NCBI GenBank assembly: GCA_964519895.1
Contig: CAZFLE010000009.1
Coordinates: 31,610-95,609 of the forward strand
DNA: 64,000 bases
Reading direction: 5' to 3'
Source of the DNA: an uncultured Enterobacterales bacterium
Lineage (GTDB): Bacteria > Myxococcota_A > UBA796 > CAJQPC01
Shown piece after piece: positions 44,983 through 55,278 of the stretch; the stretch's first letter is position 1, and each line of letters begins with the position of its first letter. Below the pieces are notes generated by a model that was given only the letters and a program-made list of their open reading frames with translations, did no database searches and was not told the DNA's origin. Made by a program: the position numbers and the translations under genes.

Positions 44983-47900
44983 TCACTCGGCGCCGGCGGG
45001 CTCCGAGCGGAAGTCCTGGGGCCGGTGGGCCACGGGCACCGGGCGCTTGCAGGCCAGCACAGAGCTGGGCACGCGGCCCTGGGTCACCAGTGCGCTCCGC
45101 GGGAGCGTGTCCTCTCGAACGTCTGGCACCCACTCCACGTGGAGCACGGCGGTGCGCTCCCGGTAGCCGGTGCCTACGGCCGTCCAGCGGCCCTCGAGCA
45201 AGAGCCGCCAGCTCTCGGCGAGCCAGGCCTGCCCGCCCAGGCGGACCTCGGCGATGCCGCTCACGCCCTGGTCGAACCAGATGCCGGGATCCCCTTCGTC
45301 CTGCAGGACCTGGAGCCCGGCAGAGATGCCGCCGCAGACGCCCAGCGGGAGATCGGCGAGCATGAGCTCACCATCGACCCGCGCCAACAGCGAGCCGAAG
45401 GCCTCGGGGCTGAAGACCCCCCCGTCGGGCGGCGCCCAGCCGTCGACGCTGGGCCGGTCGCTCAGCCAGTACCCGTCCATGCCGCCCCGGGCCCACCAGA
45501 GCTCGTCATCGAGGGTCCAGCCCCACCAGCCCATCGCCTCGAGCCGCAGGGCCCGCTCCAGCTGGAGGCCAGTCAGCACGCCACCCCGCACCAACAGCCC
45601 AGCGTCGAGGGGGGTCTGGACGGCATCGCGCACGATCCATCCGCTGAGGAAGTTGAAGGCCACCCGTCCGAAGTCGTCGCCACCCGCGTCGGGCACGCCG
45701 GCCCAGGAGGTCACGGAGTCCGTGATCGGCATCCGGGTCAGGCCCAGTCCGAATTCGCCACCGGGGCGCAGGGAGACCCGACCAGACAGTCTGGCGTGCC
45801 AGTCGAAGTTGCCGAAGCCCAGGGGATTGGTGCCGAGCTCGAGGGCCACCCCCCGGGGCAGGGCAGGGGACGTGCGCAGCCGTGCGCCAAGCCCGACGCC
45901 GATCACGGAGTGCACGTCGTCGGTGGCGTAGAGAGGCTCGAGCTCTGCGTCCAGCACGAAGCCGGGCAGGACCAGATCGAGCATGCCGATGTGGCCGACA
46001 CCGACCAGCAGCTCAGAGGTGCCCGCCGTGCCCGGGCGGGACCACACCCCGAGCTCGGCCTGGAAGCCCGGCTGCTGCTTGGGACCGAGGGAGTCGCCGA
46101 GCTCTTCGAGCTCGGCGTGGGGCATCACGGCCACGACCTCGGCTTGCTGGCTGGGGGGCAGGTCCTGGGCGTCGCGCCCGGATGGGAGCGGGAGCGCAGG
46201 GAGGCGACTGTCGGCAGACCACGTGCGCGTCGCGGTGCCGCTCGCCGGCAGCTCGTGGGCGCGACGCAGGGAATCTTCGGCCCGTGCCCGATAGCCCCGC
46301 TCGTGCTGCGTGCGGGCCAGCGCCATCCAGACCCGCGGGTCCTGGGTTCGCTCGGCCTCGTCCTGGAGATAGCTCTCGGCCGCTGCGGCCCGGCCCCGGG
46401 CCCTCAGCGTGCCGGCCTTGCCGATGATCGCGCCGGAATGGCTGTCGTCCAGGGAAAGCGCGTCGTCGAACACGACCTCGGCCTCGGCCGGCAAGCCGAC
46501 CGCCAGGTAGCCCCGACCGACCAGGCTCATGCGGCCGGTGTCGTCGTCAAGCCAGGTCGCCGTCCCGCGCACCAGGTTGCGGCCACGGTCGAGCTCGCCG
46601 GCGTCGGCGAGCCGCTCCGCTTCTTCCACCAGGGCTGCCAGCCGAGCATTGGCGAGGCCCTTGCGAATCCACACCTCCTGGCCCTCGAACAAGGCCGTCA
46701 GGTACAGCTCTTCGATGACGTCGCTGCGGTTCTGGGCCAGCGCGACCTCCGTCGCCACGGCCAGCGCTCGCCCGTGCACGGGTTCGTCTCGCAGCACGTC
46801 CAGAGCCAGCTGGAGCGCCTCGTCGTAGCGGCGCTGGTCCAGGCGCAGCGCGGCCAGCAGGGCACGGGCGTCAGCGTTGAGCGGGTAGCGCGCCAGGACC
46901 TTGCGCAGGAGCTCCTCGGCGTCGTCGAAGCGGCCCTCGATGCGGGCTTCGTCGCCGGCCTGCATCACGATGCGGACCTCGAGGACCTCGAGGAGGGCCC
47001 GCACTTCCGGATCGTCCTGGGGGAGCTCGCGGGCCAGGCTCCAACCCTCGCGGGAGCGGCCCAGCTGATCGAGGGCGCGGATGCGGCCCAGCTCGGCCTG
47101 GAGCATGGTCGGGTCGCGGTCCAGGGCCTCGGCGTAGAAGGCCTCGGCGAGCCCCGGCTGGGCGTGGCGCAGGTACAGACCGCCCAGGCTGGTGAGCACG
47201 TAGGGGTCGGCCTCGATCTCGAGGAGCCGGGCGTAGAGCTCAAAGGCCGCCTCGTTCTCCCAGTCGTCCCGCAGGCCGTCGGCCTCGGCCCGAAGTGCCC
47301 GCAGCCGGATGTCCCTGGCGATGGCGGCCTGTTCCTCGTCGAGCTCGTCACCGAGCTCGTCCAGCAGGTACTCGGCGGGCTGACGGGCGGCGAGCATCGC
47401 CAGGCAGTTGGCCTCGGCCAGCACGATCCAGACATTGGCCGGATCGTTCGTGCGGGCGCGGCCGTACCAGGGCAGGGCGTCGCGGGGCCTGCCGGCCTCC
47501 ATGTACCGGTCTCCCAGGGCATGGGCGATGGGGGCATCGTCGGGCCAGACCTGGGCCCCGGATCGCAGGATCTCGATGGCGCCGCTCAGGTCGTCGGCAT
47601 CGGCCTGGGCCCGGGCGCGGTAGAGCACGTTGGCCCGCTCGATCTTCTCGGCGAGCCGGCTGCGCGTGTCATCGTCCAGCCCAGCCGCTTCCTCGAGCAA
47701 GGCCCGGGCCAGATCCGGCCGACCCCGCTGGACCTCGACCTCGAGAGCGTCCTGGAGCAGGTCCACCCGTCCCGGTGACCGGTCCACGAGCTGTCGATAG
47801 GCCGTGGCGGCGGCGTCCAGGTGGCCTGCGTTCCAGAGGCCTGCAGCGAGGGCCCGCCGGTTGTCGAAGTCGTCGGGCGCCATCGCCAGCGCCACCCGCC

Positions 47901-49200
47901 AGCTGAACAGGGCCTCGCCGGGGTGTCCGGCACTGTCCAGGTAGTCGCCAGCGCGGCGGTGGGCCGCGGACAGCCGCTGGACCAGGGCGCTGCGGTGCCC
48001 CGGGTCCGAGGCCTGGCGCACGGCCTCTCGGTGCCGATCGACCATGCGCTCGGGCACCCGGTTGGCGATGCTGCTGACAGCGTGTGCCTCGAGCAGGAGC
48101 ACGTCGACCGGGCGGCGCACCAGGGACGCTTCGAGGTTGCGCAGGGCGGCGCCGTGCTCCCCGCGTCGGGACTGGAGCAGCCCCAAGGCCCGCTGGACCA
48201 TCCACAGGTCCGGGGCCCGCTGCTGGGCCTGAAGGATCTGTTCCCAGCGGGCGTCCTCGGTGTCCCGTCCTCCCAGGGCGCCTTCGGCCAGCTGGGCTGC
48301 TTCGATCAGGCGCAGGGCCTCCTCGTCGTCGCCGCCGACTTCGCGCATGGCGGTGGCCGTCTGCCCGGACTCGACCAGGGCCCGCACGTACCGGGCCCGG
48401 AGCTCGGCGTCGTCCGGGGCCGCCCGCACGGCGATGCGCCAGGTCTCCGCAGCACGCTCCGCTTCCCCCGCGCGCAGCCACGACCGGGCCAGGCCATCCC
48501 AGGCGGACAGGTCGCGGCCACCGGGGTCGGCGTCCCGCAAGATCTTCTCCGCCGTCTCGGGCCAGCCGCCCAGCCCCACGGCCCGGACCCGGAGGCTCAG
48601 GCTGCCTTCGTCGAGGGCCTTGGTCAGCGTGCTGCTCGCGTTCGGCACACCCAGCCCAGCCACCACGTTGGCCCGGGCCAGGTCGTCGACCGCCAGATAC
48701 GCCAGGACCTGGAGTCCCCGGGCCTCTTCGTCGTGGTCCAGGGTGCGCAGGGCGTCGATGGCACCGGCTGGATTGCCGCGCCGGAGCTCGACCTGGGCCA
48801 GGGTCATGCGCAGAGCGCGGTCCTCGGGCGCCTTGCGCAGCAGGGCCTTCAGGGTCTGGCTGGCCTGGCGACGGGTGGCGTCCTGGGCGGCCTGGGCCTG
48901 GGCCTGGCGCATGGCGAAGGCCTGTTGCAGCTCTGCGGGCGGCTGGATCCGGCGGTAGTGATCCACCCAACCCGCGCGACCGGGCTCGGTGGCCAGCAGG
49001 CCCGCGAGCTCGAAGGCGGCTCGGTCCCGTTGGGCCGACGCGTCCAAGAACAGGCTCAGCGCACTCAGGGCCTCTTCTTCGTGACCGGGCACGTTGGCCA
49101 GGGCAGCCGCGAACTCGAGCCGTGCGGCGTCGTCGGTGTCGTCGGCCCAGGCGGGCCCGGCCCAGATGAGGCCGATCACCAGGAGCCACAGCCACCTCAT
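44983..49200 (-). CDS. bcsC: BcsC-like TPR scaffold + outer-membrane export barrel (1405 aa)
   Basis: Signal MRWLWLLVIGLIWAGPAWA at 49200, many TPRs, and C-terminal RMPITDSVTSWAGVPD and GGVFSP resembling BcsC barrel motifs; ATGA-coupled to the GH8 gene. Confidence 0.8.
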   Translation of the reverse strand: MRWLWLLVIGLIWAGPAWADDTDDAARLEFAAALANVPGHEEEALSALSLFLDASAQRDRAAFELAGLLATEPGRAGWVDHYRRIQPPAELQQAFAMRQAQAQAAQDATRRQASQTLKALLRKAPEDRALRMTLAQVELRRGNPAGAIDALRTLDHDEEARGLQVLAYLAVDDLARANVVAGLGVPNASSTLTKALDEGSLSLRVRAVGLGGWPETAEKILRDADPGGRDLSAWDGLARSWLRAGEAERAAETWRIAVRAAPDDAELRARYVRALVESGQTATAMREVGGDDEEALRLIEAAQLAEGALGGRDTEDARWEQILQAQQRAPDLWMVQRALGLLQSRRGEHGAALRNLEASLVRRPVDVLLLEAHAVSSIANRVPERMVDRHREAVRQASDPGHRSALVQRLSAAHRRAGDYLDSAGHPGEALFSWRVALAMAPDDFDNRRALAAGLWNAGHLDAAATAYRQLVDRSPGRVDLLQDALEVEVQRGRPDLARALLEEAAGLDDDTRSRLAEKIERANVLYRARAQADADDLSGAIEILRSGAQVWPDDAPIAHALGDRYMEAGRPRDALPWYGRARTNDPANVWIVLAEANCLAMLAARQPAEYLLDELGDELDEEQAAIARDIRLRALRAEADGLRDDWENEAAFELYARLLEIEADPYVLTSLGGLYLRHAQPGLAEAFYAEALDRDPTMLQAELGRIRALDQLGRSREGWSLARELPQDDPEVRALLEVLEVRIVMQAGDEARIEGRFDDAEELLRKVLARYPLNADARALLAALRLDQRRYDEALQLALDVLRDEPVHGRALAVATEVALAQNRSDVIEELYLTALFEGQEVWIRKGLANARLAALVEEAERLADAGELDRGRNLVRGTATWLDDDTGRMSLVGRGYLAVGLPAEAEVVFDDALSLDDSHSGAIIGKAGTLRARGRAAAAESYLQDEAERTQDPRVWMALARTQHERGYRARAEDSLRRAHELPASGTATRTWSADSRLPALPLPSGRDAQDLPPSQQAEVVAVMPHAELEELGDSLGPKQQPGFQAELGVWSRPGTAGTSELLVGVGHIGMLDLVLPGFVLDAELEPLYATDDVHSVIGVGLGARLRTSPALPRGVALELGTNPLGFGNFDWHARLSGRVSLRPGGEFGLGLTRMPITDSVTSWAGVPDAGGDDFGRVAFNFLSGWIVRDAVQTPLDAGLLVRGGVLTGLQLERALRLEAMGWWGWTLDDELWWARGGMDGYWLSDRPSVDGWAPPDGGVFSPEAFGSLLARVDGELMLADLPLGVCGGISAGLQVLQDEGDPGIWFDQGVSGIAEVRLGGQAWLAESWRLLLEGRWTAVGTGYRERTAVLHVEWVPDVREDTLPRSALVTQGRVPSSVLACKRPVPVAHRPQDFRSEPAGAE

Positions 49201-50312
49201 GATCGACCCGGGAGGGCCGCGCCGCCGCGGTGGAGGGCCAGGCCGAACCACAGCAGGTTCTGGGCGTAGTAGTCGCTGGGATCCCCCCACGTGCGACCGT
49301 CCCGGCTGGGCGCGATGACGTCGGTCAGCACACGCTGAGCGAGCTCGGGTTCTGTCTGGCCCCACGCCGGCAGCAAGCAGCCGTAGAGGCCCAGGTAGTC
49401 CCAAGTCGCCTGGGGTGTGCCGTCGGGCGCTCTCACCGCCGGCAGGCTGCCCGTGTCCCGGTACTCCTGGGCCAAGGGGCCCATGCGGGTCAGCAGCGCG
49501 GCAGCCCGCGGTTCGTCGTGCCAGGCCACGTCGGCCGCCAGGTTCCAGGGCACCCGGAAGGCCTCGAAGCCGAAATTGGCCAACGTGGCCTGGTCGTCGG
49601 GCGGCGGCACCAGCTGACCGGTGGCGGTGTCGAGGAAGGCCCAGTCCGGTGGCAGGCCAGCGGGGCTCAGGCTCTCGTCGAGCAGGGCGTAGCTGTCGTC
49701 GAGCAGCTGGCCCCAGTCCCGCTCGGGGTCTTCCTGGGCGAAGCGCCGCAGGGCAAAGGGCAGCACATAGGACGGGTTGAAGCGGACCGGGTCTTCGTAG
49801 CGCGCCCACGGGCCGGGCAGGAGCACCAGGCGCTCCCCCAGCCGGGCGACCTCGTCGGTCCAGATGCGGGGCAGCAGCCCCAGGGCCCGGGCCCGGTAGT
49901 CCGGCTCGTCCCACGCGTCGGCCGCCAGCAGCAGCGCGTAGGCGATCCAGACGTCGGCGTCGCTGGCGGAGTTCGGGTCCTGGACCGAACCGACCGGGCC
50001 CCGGTCGCGGGCCCAGTGCCACGCGGGCAGGCCATGGGGATCCCCGGCCTGGAGGTGCCTCTCGGTCCAGCCCAGCACCTTGCGAAACGTGCGACGGTCC
50101 TGGGCCCACAGAGCCCGGACCAGAGCGTAGGCCTGGCCCTCGGAGGTGGTCAGCTCGCGACGGGGGTCGACCACCCGGCCGTTGTGCCGGATGAACTCCT
50201 TCTGGTAGCCGCGCCAGGTAGTCACCAGGACGTCCTCTCCGCCGGACCCCAGACAGCCGGGGCCCATCATCAGGGCTGCGCCTGCGATGGCGCACGCGCG
50301 AACCAGGATCAC
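49197..50312 (-). CDS. bcsZ: Glycoside hydrolase family 8 endoglucanase, BcsZ-like
   Basis: TTSEGQAYAL, ASDADVWIAYALL, FNPSY and YYAQNL; GTG start at 50312 overlaps the bcsB stop. Confidence 0.92.
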   Translation of the reverse strand: MILVRACAIAGAALMMGPGCLGSGGEDVLVTTWRGYQKEFIRHNGRVVDPRRELTTSEGQAYALVRALWAQDRRTFRKVLGWTERHLQAGDPHGLPAWHWARDRGPVGSVQDPNSASDADVWIAYALLLAADAWDEPDYRARALGLLPRIWTDEVARLGERLVLLPGPWARYEDPVRFNPSYVLPFALRRFAQEDPERDWGQLLDDSYALLDESLSPAGLPPDWAFLDTATGQLVPPPDDQATLANFGFEAFRVPWNLAADVAWHDEPRAAALLTRMGPLAQEYRDTGSLPAVRAPDGTPQATWDYLGLYGCLLPAWGQTEPELAQRVLTDVIAPSRDGRTWGDPSDYYAQNLLWFGLALHRGGAALPGRS

Positions 50313-52444
50313 ACCTCGCCTGACCGTCGCTGCGCCCACTCCCGCACCAGAGCGGTGCCGAGCACGGCGGCGATGGTCGCGATGAGGGCGACGAGCAGCC
50401 AATTCCTGCGCGTGGCAAAGCGAGCAGCGCTCACGACGGGCACCTTGCCCACCGCGACCCGCTCTGCGACGTCGAGGGTGTCGATGCCGCCCCCGGGCTC
50501 CAACACCGCCAGGTTGCCGGCCAGCTCCAGGATCCGCTCCTCGTCGAAGACCCGCCGCACCATGCCGGACAGCTCGACGGCTTCGGGGGTCCGCAGGACC
50601 AGGAGGTTGTAGGGGTCCTCGCCCTGGGTCCGGGCGGCCTCGAGGGTGCCATAGGGGGTGCCGACGGTGGCCTGGATCAAGGACTTGTCGGCCTTGAGCT
50701 CCTTGGTGAAGTCCTGGCTGCGGGCGGTCAAGACCCCGTTGTCGAGCTGCTGCTCGACCCAGCCATTGCTCTCGGCGCCCATGAGCACGACGCGGTTCTT
50801 GCCCGTCGATGGGCTGGCGGTCTCGTCGGACGCAGACCGCACGCTCAGGTCTGGGGCCGTGGCCACGCTCAGGCGACCGAGCTCGGCGCCCAGCTGGAGC
50901 ACGGCCGACGCGTGGGCCTGGGAGGGCGCATCGGGCGCCACGACCACGATGCCGGCCTGGGGGTCCTCCAGGTTGAAGGGCCAGGCCCGGTGCCGCAGCT
51001 TGCCCAGGTCGGGCAGCGTGGCGTAGTGGTCCATGGGGGCGTGGACTTCGGTGGTGTCGTAGAGCGTGCCCCAGATCATCTTGTCGCTGATGTAGCGACA
51101 GGGATCGAAGTCCCGGGGGAACAGGTGGAAGACCACGTCGAGCCGGGAGTCCGGTCGCAGGATGTCCGCCGGGATCTCGACTTCCAGGACCTCGTCCTCT
51201 GAGCCCTGGGGGTCCTCGAGGGCCACGGAGCGCAGGCTGACCCCGTTCAGTCGGACTTCGAGGGTCGACAGTCGAATGTCGAGCTGGGCACCGTAGCCGT
51301 AGCGCACGTAGACCTTGCCGCCGCCCGGCCGGGGGCGGGCGTCCCCTGCGAACCGGATCGGGACGGAGATCGTGGGCGCGTAGTAGCCGCGCACCGTGCG
51401 GTCCTCGACGCCCAGGTCCGACAGCGCGAAGTCCGCCCGATTGGGAGCGGGCAACGGGTTCTGGCGCGTGGCGGGGGGCGAGGTGTCGTCGACGGTGTCG
51501 ACCAGGGCGGCTGCCCCGGACAACAGGTCGTAGCGATCGTTGGCAGACACGCCCTGGGCGGCGATGAGCACCCCGGCGTCGTCCTTGCCTGTGACCACGA
51601 GCACGCCAAAGGTCGGGTTCCAGGGGTTGGCGACCAGCGCCACCAGTCCCTGACCGGCCTTGAGGTCGCTGGTGTCGACGAGATCGTTGACCACCGGGTT
51701 GCCGTCGACCGTGCCGAGCACGATGGCGTGGGTGTTGACCTTGTCCAACCCGCCGGCGGGCGTCGCGACCTGGACGTGGTGCCAGGCGGCCTGGCGCCCA
51801 AAGGCGAGACCCAGCTGGGCCAGCGCGTTCAGGTCGGCCTGGGACACGGACGCCGGGCCGACCAGGGCGACTTGGGAGGCGCCGTAGCCGAGCTCGTCGA
51901 CGATGGGGTAGGGCAGATCCAACAGCTGGGACTCGATGGGGACCGGCCGATAGGTGAAGCGGATCGAGGACTGATCGGAGATGCGCGTCCACAGCGCGGG
52001 ATCAAAGGGATCCTCGCACTCCAGGGTGTAGGACTGATCGGCCACCAGGGAGAGCCGGTTGTGGTCCTCGATCAGCCCGCGGGGCAGCCGCACGCTGAGC
52101 TGTCCACCGATGACATTGTCCGCGTCGAGCCGAACCGACCCGACCGGTTGGTCGTTGAGGTGGATGGTCAGGTTGCTCTGGTCCGGCAGCAGCGCGGCGC
52201 TGTGCTCGAAGCGCAGGTCCAGCTCTGGGTCGGCTGTCAGGTCCCACCCCCGGGGGCGGGTGAAGGTGACCGTGCCATAGGCGGTCACCCCCTGGAGCAT
52301 CATGTGCCCCCCGGTGTTCAGGTCGTCGTCGAAGGTGACGACGCGGACCTGGTCAGCGGGTTCGAGAGGGGCCTCGTCGTCCTGGGCCCAAGCGGGCGGG
52401 ACGATCAGCACCATGTGCAGCAAGGTCGTCGCGATCATGCTCAC
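50309..52444 (-). CDS. bcsB: Cellulose synthase periplasmic subunit BcsB
   Basis: Signal peptide; LDLRFEHSAALLPDQSNLTIHLNDQPV, LWTRISDQS, LDLPYP and LPDLG with WPF; single C-terminal TM; lies between bcsA and bcsZ. Confidence 0.88.
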   Translation of the reverse strand: MSMIATTLLHMVLIVPPAWAQDDEAPLEPADQVRVVTFDDDLNTGGHMMLQGVTAYGTVTFTRPRGWDLTADPELDLRFEHSAALLPDQSNLTIHLNDQPVGSVRLDADNVIGGQLSVRLPRGLIEDHNRLSLVADQSYTLECEDPFDPALWTRISDQSSIRFTYRPVPIESQLLDLPYPIVDELGYGASQVALVGPASVSQADLNALAQLGLAFGRQAAWHHVQVATPAGGLDKVNTHAIVLGTVDGNPVVNDLVDTSDLKAGQGLVALVANPWNPTFGVLVVTGKDDAGVLIAAQGVSANDRYDLLSGAAALVDTVDDTSPPATRQNPLPAPNRADFALSDLGVEDRTVRGYYAPTISVPIRFAGDARPRPGGGKVYVRYGYGAQLDIRLSTLEVRLNGVSLRSVALEDPQGSEDEVLEVEIPADILRPDSRLDVVFHLFPRDFDPCRYISDKMIWGTLYDTTEVHAPMDHYATLPDLGKLRHRAWPFNLEDPQAGIVVVAPDAPSQAHASAVLQLGAELGRLSVATAPDLSVRSASDETASPSTGKNRVVLMGAESNGWVEQQLDNGVLTARSQDFTKELKADKSLIQATVGTPYGTLEAARTQGEDPYNLLVLRTPEAVELSGMVRRVFDEERILELAGNLAVLEPGGGIDTLDVAERVAVGKVPVVSAARFATRRNWLLVALIATIAAVLGTALVREWAQRRSGEV

Positions 52445-55221
52445 TGTCTGCCCTTCTTCATGTGAGTTGCAGCCTCTCGGAGGAGCCGGTGGACAGAGTC
52501 GAGCATCTCATCGACCCGTTCCTGCGGCGCCCCCGAACGATACTCCTTCTCCGCTGACATGAGCGTCAGCATGGCCCCCCTCACGGCCCCCTCTGCCTGC
52601 CAGAGCCCCTCGCTGCGCTTGTCGCCTTCGTGGAGCCGATATTCGCGCTGGAGCCAGAACAGCTTCTCTCCCCACGTGGCCGGCAGGGCCGGCCCACCGG
52701 GGAGCAGGGACGCCCGAAAGGTCCAGTAGGACTGGCGTAGCTCGCGGTGGGCCTGGACCAGCTCGTGGTAGCGGACCCGGTCGTGGCCCTCGATGCTGAC
52801 GGGTGCGTTGTTCGGCACCGCGAGTCTGTCCACGTCGGGACTCCAGCCCCAGGCCATGCTCGCGCTGAGGCCGACGAAGACCACGCCAGTCAGGACGGCG
52901 CCCCACTGGACGCGGCGCGTGCGCGCCCCCCGGTTGATGGCGAACGGGGCCGCGGCAGATGCCAGGCTCACACCACAGGCGGCGCAGAGCTTGGTCCCGG
53001 CCAGGTCCACGGTGCCGCACTGCGTGCAGCGGCGGGTCGCCAGGGCCTGGGCCAGGGGTTCTCCCTGATCGGCGCGGCGTCCTTCCTCGCCAAAGGGCAG
53101 GAACATGCCGAAGACCGAGCCGACCACGCTCAGGGCCGAACGGAGCGGGGCGTCTTCGCGGTAGCGGTCCCGAAGCCAGGTGTCCGGGGGCGTGAACATC
53201 AGCCGGATCAGCTGGTCGCGCTGGGCCGTGCTCAGGGCATCGAACTGCACACCGACCAGGAGCTCGCTGTGTTCCTCGACCTGGTTCACCGGTTGTCCGG
53301 TCAGCGCAACCACCTCGCCGTCGTCCAATTCGAGCAGCAGATCGACGCGATCTGAGACCGGCCTGCCGTCCCAGAGTCTGAGTCGGATCCCGCTCTCGGA
53401 GAGGTCCATCGCCTCGGCCTTGCGCCAGGCCTCTTCTTCGGACGGGGCGACGCCCTGGCCGGTGTCGGTGGCCAGCTCGATGTCGTGGTCGCGCATCCAC
53501 ACATTGCAGGTGTAGGGGATGCGCCACTCGGAGCGCCGCTGGGGCCGCTCCAGCGCCACGAAGGCCGCCGCGCCCAGGAGCAGGATGTTGTAGAGGTTCC
53601 ACGCCCCCACGAGCAGGGTGGTGCCCCGTTCTTCCGGGATGCCGAGCATGCGCATCGGCGTCACCACCAGGGACGCGATCGCAAACGCGCCGATCAGCAG
53701 CACGGGCCAGGCCTTGGACCAGTCGTAGATGCGCTTGTCGCTCTGTTCGCCCTTGGTCGTCACGACGAACTTCTGCTGGCCCGGGAACAGCAGGGTCAGC
53801 GTGGTGACCAGCGCCGTGTACGGGGCGAGCGCTGTCTCGTAGACTTCGGGCCAGAAGCTGTGGCGCCGGTTGCCGTGCATGGCCGAGGTACAGACCGTGG
53901 CCAGGAACAGGTGCGGAATGGCGTAGACCAGGACGTCCAGGACCTCTGCGCGCAGCGGGTACAGCCCGAAGAGCAGGAACAGGGCCGGCGCGATCAGGAA
54001 CACGAGCCGGGGCAGGCCGAACAGGAAGTGAGCTGCCGCGGCCGAGTAGGTGATGCGCTGGGCCAGGGAGAGCCCGGGCTTGAGCAGCGGCACCTCGGTG
54101 CGGAAGATCTGCGTCATGCCGCGGGCCCAGCGCAAGCGCTGGGTGATGTGGAAGGCGAAGCGCTCGGTGGCGAGCCCCGCCGCCTGGGGAATGGGCAGGT
54201 AGGCCGACTGCCAGCCGGCGGCGTGGAGCTTGAGCGATGTGTGGGCGTCCTCGGTCACCGTGGTGGTCGGGATGCCGCCGATGTCCTCGAGGGCTGTCCG
54301 CCGCAACAGGGCGCAGGAACCGCAGAAGAAGGCCCCGTTCCAGAAGTCATTGCCCCGCTGGATGCCGTGGTAGAAGAACGCCTGCTCCGGCGGCAGCACG
54401 CCCTCCATGTGGAGGTTGCGCTCGACCGGATCGGGGTTGTAGAAGTGGTGCGGGGTCTGGACCAGCGCCAGCTCGGCCTCCTTCAGGAAGAAGCCGACCG
54501 TGACCTGGAGGAAGCTCCGGACGGGCACGTGGTCCGCGTCGAAGATGGCGATCAGGGTGCCCTGGGTGCGCCCTAGCGCAGCGTTGAGGTTGCCGGCCTT
54601 GGCGCCCGCGTTGTCGGACCGAGTCAGGTAGCCGCAGCCCAGCTCCGCGGCGAGGTGGCGGACCTCTTCCCGGCGGCCGTCGTCCAGGACCCAGACCAAC
54701 TTGTCGGGGTAGTCCATGGCGGCGCAGCCCACAAGGGTCCGCCGAAGCACGCCCACCGGCTCGTTGTACGTGGGTACGAACACGTCGACCGACGGCAGCA
54801 GCTCCGGCGCCATGTCCAGCGGGATCACCGAACGGCGCCGCATCACGGCGGTCTGAAAGTAGCCTCCGAACATCATGGAGAAGGCGTAGAGCTCGGCCCC
54901 CAGGAGCATCAGGCTGGCTGCGGAGTTGCCGAAGGAGTCCAGGGCCAGGGTGCCGGTCACCCGCCAGTACAGGTACCGCATGGACGCGGCCAGGCTCAAG
55001 AACACGGCGGCCAGGCGCCAGTCGGGGACCGCGCGGGTCAGGAGCAGCCCCATGCCCATCATGGCGAGGCTGATGCCGATGTGTGCCCTCAGGGGCAGGT
55101 CCAGCAGTGCATAGACCACCATCGGGATGGCGATGAGGACCAGGCCGAACCACAGGGCGGCGGGAGACCCCTGTCGCTCGTCTTCCGACCCAGCCCCTCG
55201 GTCCGGTTCGTCGGTGTGCAC
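52441..55221 (-). CDS. bcsA: Cellulose synthase catalytic subunit BcsA (GT2 + PilZ) with C-terminal extension
   Basis: PTYNE, LDDG, AKAGNLN, FDADH, QTPH, FFCGS, VTED and QRLRW; PilZ RRSEWR and DLSESG; then CTQC/CAAC, a TM and a helical tail. Confidence 0.94.
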   Translation of the reverse strand: MHTDEPDRGAGSEDERQGSPAALWFGLVLIAIPMVVYALLDLPLRAHIGISLAMMGMGLLLTRAVPDWRLAAVFLSLAASMRYLYWRVTGTLALDSFGNSAASLMLLGAELYAFSMMFGGYFQTAVMRRRSVIPLDMAPELLPSVDVFVPTYNEPVGVLRRTLVGCAAMDYPDKLVWVLDDGRREEVRHLAAELGCGYLTRSDNAGAKAGNLNAALGRTQGTLIAIFDADHVPVRSFLQVTVGFFLKEAELALVQTPHHFYNPDPVERNLHMEGVLPPEQAFFYHGIQRGNDFWNGAFFCGSCALLRRTALEDIGGIPTTTVTEDAHTSLKLHAAGWQSAYLPIPQAAGLATERFAFHITQRLRWARGMTQIFRTEVPLLKPGLSLAQRITYSAAAAHFLFGLPRLVFLIAPALFLLFGLYPLRAEVLDVLVYAIPHLFLATVCTSAMHGNRRHSFWPEVYETALAPYTALVTTLTLLFPGQQKFVVTTKGEQSDKRIYDWSKAWPVLLIGAFAIASLVVTPMRMLGIPEERGTTLLVGAWNLYNILLLGAAAFVALERPQRRSEWRIPYTCNVWMRDHDIELATDTGQGVAPSEEEAWRKAEAMDLSESGIRLRLWDGRPVSDRVDLLLELDDGEVVALTGQPVNQVEEHSELLVGVQFDALSTAQRDQLIRLMFTPPDTWLRDRYREDAPLRSALSVVGSVFGMFLPFGEEGRRADQGEPLAQALATRRCTQCGTVDLAGTKLCAACGVSLASAAAPFAINRGARTRRVQWGAVLTGVVFVGLSASMAWGWSPDVDRLAVPNNAPVSIEGHDRVRYHELVQAHRELRQSYWTFRASLLPGGPALPATWGEKLFWLQREYRLHEGDKRSEGLWQAEGAVRGAMLTLMSAEKEYRSGAPQERVDEMLDSVHRLLREAATHMKKGRQ

Positions 55222-55278
55222 GCGCGGAGTGTCCCACGGGGGCCAGAGCCGGGGAAAAGAAAAATCTTCGCCCTCGGG

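Noticed and set aside
45025-49269. Long plus-strand ORFs (917 aa, 482 aa and others) opposite bcsC
   Set aside because: Antisense shadows of the TPR/barrel gene.
55240-55278. A-rich tract GGGGAAAAGAAAAATC upstream of bcsA
   Set aside because: It stands out in GC-rich DNA, but there is no convincing hairpin for a terminator and no riboswitch or promoter consensus I can support.
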